Below the pieces are notes generated by a model. The model saw only the letters and a program-made list of their open reading frames with translations, was not told where the DNA came from and made no database searches. Below are positions 48,062 through 55,195 of a DNA stretch of 55,195 nucleotides, piece by piece (within the stretch, counting starts at the first letter, position 1; each line of letters starts with the position of its first letter). The position numbers and the translations under genes were made by a program. The DNA is from Gammaproteobacteria bacterium (GTDB lineage: Bacteria > Pseudomonadota > Gammaproteobacteria > Pseudomonadales > Oleiphilaceae): assembly GCA_030427465.1 (NCBI GenBank), contig JAUIAZ010000001.1, forward strand, positions 1 to 55,195. Direction: 5' to 3'.

Positions 48062-49336
48062 ATGGCCTTCCGGGGCGGACTCACACTCGCAATCACAGTC
48101 GCTGGCATACTTCTCCTACCCTCGCCTGTACAGGCCTTGTATGAAGGGGAGAAAGGACGTATCTCAGGGTTTGCCACACTCGCCGCAGGCAAAGTCAGCA
48201 AAGCAGGTGTCGAGTTCGGTGACTACCGGGACGAGTTTCGGATGGACACGGATACCCTGTTGGGCCTTCAGGGCCGCTATGAATTCAGTGATCGCTTCTC
48301 TGCCACGGCTCAGGTCCTGTCCCGCAGTTTCACTTACAGCGACAACAGTGACTTTGAGCCGGAGTTGGACTGGCTGTTCCTCAGTATCGAACTTACAGAT
48401 TCAGCCCGGCTCAGGCTGGGCCGCCTGCGTACCCCGCATTATCTCTACTCAGAAACCCTGGATATCGGATACTCCTACACCTGGGTGCGCCCGCCGGTTG
48501 ATGTCTACACACCGTTGTTGGAACCCCTTTCAAACTTCAACGGCGCTGACCTCACTTTCTCCGGTTCAGTCAGACTGGATGAAGATCTGGTGCTTGACCT
48601 GGACAGCCAGTTTTTTGCAGGCCAGATCGATGACAACTTCCAGGGGATAGAAATCGAAACTGAACCGGTTTTCGGAGCAGCCTTCACGCTGGCCCGCGCG
48701 GCCTGGAAACTGCGCTATGCCTGGATCAGAATGGATATCAGCATAGAAAACCCAGCGATTGTTCCCCTCAATCAGGGCTTTCAGACGGTCGGCCAGTCTG
48801 TGCCCGCACTGACTTACCTCGCCGATGATTATGTACAGGAACAGGGTCGTCCCTTCTACTATCACGGTGTCAGTGCCTCCTGGGGCGACGGCGTCTGGTC
48901 TGTTGTTGCCGAAGCCTATCGCATTATCGCACCGGATGAGGGGTTCGGAACTGACGCGAAGGGCTGGTATCTGTCATTGGCCCACACCTGGGGACGCTAC
49001 ACGCCTTATGTCGTCATCGGGCAGTACCAGAGTGAAGCCTCTGAGCATCTGGAGCGTAACCTGGAGCGCAGTCGTGACCTGGTTCCGGCCGGAGCCGACC
49101 CGGGCCTGGATGCCCTGAGAGCCGGGGCCGGGTTTGCAATTGAACAGGTCAATGTCCGGGAGCAGACTTACACCTTCGGCCTGAGAACAGAACTGAGCTC
49201 GAGTATGGCCTTGAAAGCCGAGTGGCAAATGTTTCACTTCGGCGATGATTCGACCGGCCATATGTATCCTGACTTCAGCGTACCAGAGCCGGACAGTGCC
49301 GGCCTGTTTACGCTATCGCTGGATGTGGTGTTCTGA
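48062..49336 (+). CDS. Putative outer-membrane beta-barrel porin-like protein
   Basis: 424 aa. Signal peptide, an alternating amphipathic pattern and a C-terminal ...FTLSLDVVF aromatic terminus. No specific family recognised. Confidence 0.5.
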   Translation: MAFRGGLTLAITVAGILLLPSPVQALYEGEKGRISGFATLAAGKVSKAGVEFGDYRDEFRMDTDTLLGLQGRYEFSDRFSATAQVLSRSFTYSDNSDFEPELDWLFLSIELTDSARLRLGRLRTPHYLYSETLDIGYSYTWVRPPVDVYTPLLEPLSNFNGADLTFSGSVRLDEDLVLDLDSQFFAGQIDDNFQGIEIETEPVFGAAFTLARAAWKLRYAWIRMDISIENPAIVPLNQGFQTVGQSVPALTYLADDYVQEQGRPFYYHGVSASWGDGVWSVVAEAYRIIAPDEGFGTDAKGWYLSLAHTWGRYTPYVVIGQYQSEASEHLERNLERSRDLVPAGADPGLDALRAGAGFAIEQVNVREQTYTFGLRTELSSSMALKAEWQMFHFGDDSTGHMYPDFSVPEPDSAGLFTLSLDVVF

Positions 49337-49791
49337 TGCACCGGCTGACTGCCCGACTCAAGCTGACCCTACTGGCGCTGAGCCTGTGCGCGGCCCTGCC
49401 AGCCCAGGCGGAACCCTCGCCGCAGACGCTGGTTGTGGTCGTTCACCCGGACAACCCAGTGAATGCCCTGAGTGCCAGTGAAGTGCGGAAGATCTATCTC
49501 GGGAAGATGCAGCTCTATCCCGGCCTGGACATCCGCATCAACACGCTCGATCTGCCACAGGACCATCCCTGGTTCGAGCGTTTCTACCAGGATCTGGTGA
49601 ACATGTCCCCGGCGCAGGTTTCGCGTTACCGCGCCGGATTCCTCTTCAGCGGCAAAGGCCGGGTGCCCCGGACCGAGGACACGCCGGAGCAACTGCTGGA
49701 TGTGCTGCTTTCCCACAAGGACGCAATTGCCTACGTGCAGGCGGACAGTGCCCCCGAAGGAGCCAGAATCGTTTACCGTTTCAGACCCTGA
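49336..49791 (+). CDS. Small secreted PstS/PBP-like single-lobe protein
   Basis: 151 aa. Signal peptide. VVVVHPDNPVNALSASEVRKIYLGK resembles a phosphate-binding-protein (PBP_like_2) segment. The start overlaps the porin-like stop (TGATG). Confidence 0.45.
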   Translation: MHRLTARLKLTLLALSLCAALPAQAEPSPQTLVVVVHPDNPVNALSASEVRKIYLGKMQLYPGLDIRINTLDLPQDHPWFERFYQDLVNMSPAQVSRYRAGFLFSGKGRVPRTEDTPEQLLDVLLSHKDAIAYVQADSAPEGARIVYRFRP

Positions 49792-49817
49792 TTATCAGCC
49801 CCGGGTGCCCGCAAGAT

Positions 49818-52334
49818 CTAGCCTTCCAGCTGGCGGATCTGGCTCAGAGCACTGCGGGACAGCAAGGGACGACAGGCCACCCGTCCGGCCAGCCCGACCG
49901 TCAACCCACCAGCCAGCGCCGCCAGTAACCACAGCCAGGGGTGGGCCTGCCATTGCATGTCGAGCACCTGGGTCTGAATCAGGTACAGACTCAACTCGGC
50001 CATGGCACCCGCCAGAAACCCGGAAAGCACCCCGAGAATCAGGAACTCCAGTTGAACGGTCTGCCGGATAAAACGGCCACTGCCTCCCAGAGTTCGCAGA
50101 ATAACCATTTCCTTTCGACGTTCCTCGAAACTCGCCCGGGTTTGCGCAAACAGAACCAGCAAGGCAGCGGCAATGACAAGAACCATGATGTATTGCAGGG
50201 CCAGGCTGACCTGGTCTATCACACCCTGGATCTGCCCGATCAGCACGTCCACTTCCAACACAGTCACTGTCGGATAGGCCGCCAGCAATTCCGGGAGATA
50301 GGCTTTCTCTGCTGGCGAAAGATAGAAGCTTCCCATGTAGCTGGCCGGGTAATCCGCGAGCACGGCAGGTGAAAATATCATGTAAAAGTTTGGCCGCATG
50401 GACGCCCAGTCCACTTGACGGATGCTGGTAACCGGAACTTCAAAGCGCTCGCCGCCAATCAGGAACCCGAGGCGGTCCCCCAACTGAACACCGATGCGCT
50501 GGGCTATACCGCTTTCCACGGAAACGCCCTGAAAATCCTTGTCTCCCGCTGGCCACCACAGTCCTTGGGACAAGGGGTTGTGGCCGGGCTGTTCAGATGA
50601 CCAGGTCAGGTTCAGCTCCCGATCGATCGGATCCCTGCCGCGGTCGCTGGCGGAGGTTTCATCCTTTGAGGCACGGTCTGTCATGCGCTGGTCATTGATG
50701 CTTACCAGCCGCCCACGCACCATCGGGAAAAGTTCGGTTCTCTGAATGTTTCGCTCTGCCATCCAGTCGGTAATTGTCGGTACTTCATAGGGGGCAATGT
50801 TCACCAGGAAGTGATTGGGTGTGCCTTCCGGGAGCTGCTGTTGCCACTCGTCAATCATTTCGTGGCGCAAGACCACAATCGTAATCAGCAACATGATGCC
50901 AATGGCAAAGCTAAGAATCTGGATGGCGTTACTGTGCGCCCGGCGGTAGAGACCCGCGAGCCCCATACCCAACGCGCCCTGCCCGGCTCCCCAGCGCCGG
51001 GCCAACCACAAAAGACCACGGCTGAGAAACAGCATGATGCCTCCGCAAAGCGCAACTGCAAAAAACAGGGAAGCGCTCAGCTGCCAGTCCTGACTGAACA
51101 ACCAGATCAGGATGAACAGGCTTACTCCGGTCAGCAACACGCTGAGCCATTGCATCTGACCGGCCAGATCCAGATCCCGGCGAATCACCCGCATGGCAGA
51201 TATGCGCGCAAGTCTCAACATGGGTGTCAGTGAAAACAACAGGGCGCAGATGGCACCTGTCACCAGGGCAAGCCAGGCCGCTTCGCCAGAGGCTGGGGGC
51301 ACCTCGCTGCCCAGACGGTCTCCGATGAGCGTAATGGCGCCCTCCTGCAGCACATAACCCCCAACCAGTCCCAGCAGGATACCTGCCGTGGTGATGACCA
51401 GCAGTTGATAGGCATACAGCAGACTGATTTCCCGGCGCCGCATACCCAGGGTCTTGAATACGGCGACCGGATCAAAATGTCGCTCCGTGTAGCGGCGGGC
51501 CGCCACCGCAATCGCCGTCGCAGCAAGGATAACGCCGAGAAGGCTGGCCAGTAACAGGAACTTGTTGGCCCGGTCCAGAGACCGTGCGAGCGGAGATTCG
51601 CCATCCTGCACGCCATACCACTCCTGGTTCTCTGACAACAAGGGCGACAGTTCCCGGCCCAGTTCTTCCACGCCAGCACCTTCCGCTGCAAACAGCAACT
51701 TGTAGGTTAAGCGGCTACCCGGCTGCACCACCCCCGTTGCCGGAATATCAGCCCGGTTCATCATGATGCGGGGCCCGGCCCTGAACACATTGAAGCTGGC
51801 ATCCGGCTCGGCAACGATCTCTGCGCTCACCCTGAAGCGGCTGTGACCGATCTCCAGTTCATGCCCCAAGCCAATCCCAAGGGCAGACATTGCCCTCTCA
51901 TCCAGCCAAACGGTACCGGCCTCCGGGCTACCTTGCTGCGAGCTCAAGGCATCACCATCTGCAATCTTCAGCTCCCCCCGCAAGGGATACGGCCCGCGAA
52001 TGGCTTTTACACTGGCCAGAACAAAGGCCTCACCGGCATAGGCCATGGTCTGGAATTCAAGCAGTTCCGCCTGGCGCAGTGACGGGTCACTGGCTTGGGC
52101 CGCGACAAAGGCCGCCTCGTAAAACCGGGGATCAATGGCGTGCGCGCTCCTGAGGACCCGATCGGCTGCCAGAAACCCGCTACTGCGACTGACCAGCGTT
52201 TCCTGGATACGGCTCGAAAATCCGGACAGTGAGTAGACTGCCAGCACGGCCAGGGCGATGGCCAAAACCATGATTTGCAGCTCACCGCGTCCGAGTTCCT
52301 GTTTCAGGAGGCGATTTGAGGTTCTCAGCCACAT
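49818..52334 (-). CDS. ybbP: FtsX-family ABC transporter permease YbbP-like (two FtsX domains)
   Basis: About 838 aa from MWLRTSNRLLKQELGRGELQ. Polytopic, and adjacent to and overlapping ybbA-like, as in the E. coli ybbA-ybbP pair. Confidence 0.8.
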   Translation of the reverse strand: MWLRTSNRLLKQELGRGELQIMVLAIALAVLAVYSLSGFSSRIQETLVSRSSGFLAADRVLRSAHAIDPRFYEAAFVAAQASDPSLRQAELLEFQTMAYAGEAFVLASVKAIRGPYPLRGELKIADGDALSSQQGSPEAGTVWLDERAMSALGIGLGHELEIGHSRFRVSAEIVAEPDASFNVFRAGPRIMMNRADIPATGVVQPGSRLTYKLLFAAEGAGVEELGRELSPLLSENQEWYGVQDGESPLARSLDRANKFLLLASLLGVILAATAIAVAARRYTERHFDPVAVFKTLGMRRREISLLYAYQLLVITTAGILLGLVGGYVLQEGAITLIGDRLGSEVPPASGEAAWLALVTGAICALLFSLTPMLRLARISAMRVIRRDLDLAGQMQWLSVLLTGVSLFILIWLFSQDWQLSASLFFAVALCGGIMLFLSRGLLWLARRWGAGQGALGMGLAGLYRRAHSNAIQILSFAIGIMLLITIVVLRHEMIDEWQQQLPEGTPNHFLVNIAPYEVPTITDWMAERNIQRTELFPMVRGRLVSINDQRMTDRASKDETSASDRGRDPIDRELNLTWSSEQPGHNPLSQGLWWPAGDKDFQGVSVESGIAQRIGVQLGDRLGFLIGGERFEVPVTSIRQVDWASMRPNFYMIFSPAVLADYPASYMGSFYLSPAEKAYLPELLAAYPTVTVLEVDVLIGQIQGVIDQVSLALQYIMVLVIAAALLVLFAQTRASFEERRKEMVILRTLGGSGRFIRQTVQLEFLILGVLSGFLAGAMAELSLYLIQTQVLDMQWQAHPWLWLLAALAGGLTVGLAGRVACRPLLSRSALSQIRQLEG

Positions 52335-53044
52335 GCACTGATCTCCTGCGGGTCTGCGCTTGTCTCCCCCTCTGATAATGTACCTGAATCCATGGTGAGC
52401 ACCCGATCGCAACGTTGTGCCAGTTTCAGATCATGTGTTACCAGCACCAGTGTGGTGCCAGCATCCCGATTCATGCCGAACAGCAGATCCGCCACGCGTG
52501 AACCGTTGGCATGGTCGAGATTACCGGTGGGTTCATCAGCGAAAAGTATCTCGGGGCTCGACACGAAAGCCCGTGCCAGCGCCACTCGTTGCTGCTCACC
52601 ACCCGACAGTTGGTTGGGATAATGCTGTGTCCGATGTGCCAGGCCTACCCTTTCCAGCATCTCGCTGGCCCGCAGACGCGCCTCGCGGCGATCGCCCTTC
52701 AGCTCCAGGGGCAGCATGACATTCTCCAGCGCGGACAAACCCGCCACCAGCAGAAAGCTCTGGAAGACAAAGCCGACTTTTCTGGCCCGCAGAGCTGCTC
52801 TTCCTTCTTCGTCCAGATCGGTCAATGACTCCCCCCCCAGAATGACCTTGCCCTCACTGCTTTCATCGAGGCCTGCCAGCAAACCCAGCAGGGTACTCTT
52901 GCCGCTACCGGAGGCTCCAACGATGGCGACGCTCTCCCCGGACTTGACTTCGAGGTCTAGCCCGCGAAGGATGGTGAGCTGTGACTCACCCGTCTCCACC
53001 GTTTTGCCAAGGTTTTTTGCCACGATGACTGCTTCTTTCTGCAT
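52325..53044 (-). CDS. ybbA: ABC transporter ATP-binding protein YbbA-like (LolD/MacB-type)
   Basis: Start trimmed to MQKEAVIVAKNL. Walker A GASGSGKST, signature LSGGEQQRVALARA, Walker B ILFADEPTGNLD. Confidence 0.85.
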   Translation of the reverse strand: MQKEAVIVAKNLGKTVETGESQLTILRGLDLEVKSGESVAIVGASGSGKSTLLGLLAGLDESSEGKVILGGESLTDLDEEGRAALRARKVGFVFQSFLLVAGLSALENVMLPLELKGDRREARLRASEMLERVGLAHRTQHYPNQLSGGEQQRVALARAFVSSPEILFADEPTGNLDHANGSRVADLLFGMNRDAGTTLVLVTHDLKLAQRCDRVLTMDSGTLSEGETSADPQEISACG

Positions 53045-53648
53045 GCGTTTTTTCCTTCTCCTGATACTGTCAGCCACCCAGGCGGTGGTGGCTATCGCTG
53101 AGACCCGTATCCTGCTGCTGGGGGACAGCCTCAGTGCCAGTTATGGCATGACCTATGAGGCGGGCTGGGTTCCGCAACTACAACAGAAATTCGATACGGC
53201 TGCCACATCTGTGGAGATCATTAACGCCAGTATCAGTGGCGAAACCACCGGAGGAGGCCTCAGCCGACTGCCCAGGCTACTGGATGAACATTCGCCGGAT
53301 ATCCTCTGGATAGAGCTCGGAGGCAATGACGGCCTGCGCGGCTACCCCCCGCCGCGCATTCGTCAGAACCTTGAGCAGATGACGGATCTGGCCAGCGAAC
53401 GCAACATTACGGTTTGGTTAACCCAGATAGAAATACCCCCTAACTATGGTCCGCGATATAATGAACGATTCAGTGCGCTGTTCAGGGAAGTTGCAGAATC
53501 CCGATCATTGGAACTGCTACCCTTTATTCTGGTTGACGTGGCCTTAAAGCCCGAATTGATGATGAATGACGGCATCCATCCCACGATTGAAGCCCAGCCG
53601 CTGATTGCAGAGCGCTTCTTTGACGAAGTGCGCAAACGCATGCCCTGA
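53043..53648 (+). CDS. tesA: SGNH/GDSL arylesterase, acyl-CoA thioesterase I (TesA-like)
   Basis: 201 aa from the ATG at 53043. Signal peptide, then GDSLSASYG, GGNDGLRG and DGIHP blocks. It is divergent from ybbA, as in E. coli. Confidence 0.85.
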   Translation: MRFFLLLILSATQAVVAIAETRILLLGDSLSASYGMTYEAGWVPQLQQKFDTAATSVEIINASISGETTGGGLSRLPRLLDEHSPDILWIELGGNDGLRGYPPPRIRQNLEQMTDLASERNITVWLTQIEIPPNYGPRYNERFSALFREVAESRSLELLPFILVDVALKPELMMNDGIHPTIEAQPLIAERFFDEVRKRMP

Positions 53649-53677
53649 TCAGATCGATAGGCTCTGGAGAACCCAAT

Positions 53678-54619
53678 TTGAACGACGACCTGAAAATTTT
53701 TTGTGGCAACAGCAATCCGGCACTCGCCGATGCGATCTGCGAACACCTCGACATGGAGCGAAGCCCCATGGAGATTTCCCGGTTCAGTAATGACAATCTG
53801 TTCGTTCAGATACAGGACAACGTGCGTGAACGCGACGTGTTCCTGGTGCAGTCGTTTACCCATCCGGTCAGTGATCACCTGATGGAAATGATGATTGCGA
53901 TTGATGCCCTGCGGAGCGCGTCAGCCCGACGCATCACCGCAGTTATTCCCTACTACTCCTATGCGCGCTCCGACAAGAAAGACGCCCCCCGGATCTCCAT
54001 TACCGGCCGCCTGATTGCGGACCTTCTGCAAACAGCCGGTGCTGACCGGGTGCTGACCATGGATCTGCATGCTGACCAGGTACACGGCTTTTTCAAAGTG
54101 CCGGTAGACCACCTGACAGCCATTCCAACCATTGCCAGTCACTTCCAGAAGTACTACGACCTGTCCAAGATGGTGGCAGTCGCCACAGATGCCGGTGGTG
54201 CCAAGCGGGCCGGACGGTTTTCCGAGCGCCTGAATATTCCGATGGCGATTATCGACAAGCGCCGGGTCAGTGATACCGAAGTCAAACAGGGGCACGTGGT
54301 AGGAGATGTCGCGAACAAGGAAGCCATCATATTTGAGGATGAGATTTCAACCGGGGGCACTCTGCTCTCCACTGTGGACACGCTGGTCGCTGCAGGCGTC
54401 AGCAAGGTGCATGCGGGTGCCGTACATCCGGTTTTCTGTGGCCCTGCAGTGGAACGGCTGAAAAACTCTGCATTGGGTTCAGTGGTCGTGACCAATACCG
54501 TTGACATACCAGACAACAAGATGTTCCCCAGCCTGACCCGACTCAGTGTGGCCCCTTTGTTTGCCGAAGCCATCCGCCGCATCCATACCGGTGAAAGCGT
54601 GGGTGCCCTGTTCCGCTGA
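53678..54619 (+). CDS. prs: Ribose-phosphate pyrophosphokinase
   Basis: 313 aa. Motifs LKIFCGNSNPALA, YYSYARSDKK and the PRPP-binding loop IIFEDEISTGGTL. TTG start. Confidence 0.92.
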   Translation: MNDDLKIFCGNSNPALADAICEHLDMERSPMEISRFSNDNLFVQIQDNVRERDVFLVQSFTHPVSDHLMEMMIAIDALRSASARRITAVIPYYSYARSDKKDAPRISITGRLIADLLQTAGADRVLTMDLHADQVHGFFKVPVDHLTAIPTIASHFQKYYDLSKMVAVATDAGGAKRAGRFSERLNIPMAIIDKRRVSDTEVKQGHVVGDVANKEAIIFEDEISTGGTLLSTVDTLVAAGVSKVHAGAVHPVFCGPAVERLKNSALGSVVVTNTVDIPDNKMFPSLTRLSVAPLFAEAIRRIHTGESVGALFR

Positions 54620-54624
54620 CCTCG

Positions 54625-55176
54625 TCAGTGGCCGTCACTGAAGGTAAGAGAGCCATAGAAGGCGCTCGCCGCTTGTCCTGAGTCGTCTGCGTCTGTCATG
54701 ATCGCGATGGCATCGATCTGGTCGACCGCTTCTCCATGAAAGCGCAGAAAATCATCGCGGACATTGCGGCTTTCACTGTACCACTTTCCAGGGCGATCAG
54801 AGCGATCACGCAAAGCCACCATCTGCAGATTGTCGCCAGCATAAGGGTTTGGCCAGTGGGTTCCGGCAGCATCCTGTGAACTCCAGACATAGCTGATGGC
54901 GAGGGTTCGCCAGAAAAAGAAGCCCCCGTCACGAATGAGGTACACCCGGGCCGCAAAATCGTCCCCGGACTTCTGCCGTTCATCAAGCGAATCCAGGCCT
55001 TCCTCCAGCAGCCAGCGCCAGGACAAAACCGGAGTGTCTTCCAGACTGATTGCCTGCTTCAGCACAAGGCCTGAAGCGCTGCGCCTTGCCATCGCTTTCA
55101 GGGCCTGCTCTCCCTGATGCTGTATCAGCTGGTAGCGGGTTTTGCCCTGAAAAACCTGTGGCTGCCACCCGAGCAT
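54625..55176 (-). CDS. DUF3047-family protein (N-terminus probably beyond window end)
   Basis: 183 aa as listed. The frame stays open from 55176 to the window edge and no signal peptide is seen, so the CDS is probably partial. The family call is from memory of DUF3047-like sequence (DFAARVYLI, AIMTDADDSG). Confidence 0.5.
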   Translation of the reverse strand: MLGWQPQVFQGKTRYQLIQHQGEQALKAMARRSASGLVLKQAISLEDTPVLSWRWLLEEGLDSLDERQKSGDDFAARVYLIRDGGFFFWRTLAISYVWSSQDAAGTHWPNPYAGDNLQMVALRDRSDRPGKWYSESRNVRDDFLRFHGEAVDQIDAIAIMTDADDSGQAASAFYGSLTFSDGH

Positions 55177-55195
55177 CTGCTGCGGAGTAAAAACC

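Noticed and set aside
52716-53042. Upstream extension of the tesA ORF
   Set aside because: It lies antisense within ybbA. The signal peptide and the GDSL block follow the ATG at 53043.
1-55195. CRISPR arrays, tRNA/rRNA genes, integrase/att sites, toxin-antitoxin or other defence-type gene sets
   Set aside because: Visual scanning of intergenic regions and the ORF set found no regularly spaced repeats, no tRNA-like sequences and no defence-like domain combinations. A computational scan could still find short elements I missed.

Overview
GC-rich gammaproteobacterial-type chromosome segment in three parts. (1) 1-2288: a nested pair of insertion sequences. A complete IS3-family element (520-1822) sits inside an IS1380-family transposase gene. 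(2) about 2.5-31.1 kb: a roughly 28-kb minus-strand surface-polysaccharide (O-antigen/capsule) locus with almost no intergenic space. Its order is wzi, UDP-HexNAc 6-dehydrogenase, a giant OPX exporter, wzz, rmlB-rmlA, a 3-acetamido-3,6-dideoxyhexose module (FdtA/C/B-like), wzx, acetyltransferase, GT2, AsnB-like amidotransferase, wzy, two GT4-like genes, a bi-domain oxidoreductase, a heparinase II/III-fold protein, a WbuB-like GT4, a PglC/D/E-like initiating module and a terminal OafA-like acyltransferase. From wzz down to about 2.5 kb the DNA is visibly AT-richer than the flanks, and an H-NS-like gene lies immediately upstream. (3) 31.3-55.2 kb: core-type genes, namely comEA-like, HNH, MATE, two sensor kinases with periplasmic binding-protein partners, uup, srkA-tamA-tamB, a porin-like operon, ybbP-ybbA/tesA, prs and DUF3047. 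No rRNA, tRNA or CRISPR array was seen. I found no convincing self-contained novel system such as a defence-like gene set. The best leads are the uncharacterised cytoplasmic heparinase-fold plus fused-oxidoreductase pair inside the glycan locus; an acyltransferase cassette bracketed by an exact 20-bp direct repeat that carries a relic gene end; homopolymer tracts in both O-acyl/acetyltransferase genes; an unusual exporter combination (Wzi + about 890-aa OPX + Wzz, no Wzb/Wzc); and srkA translationally coupled to tamAB. All family calls rest on motif recognition by eye, and no searches were run.
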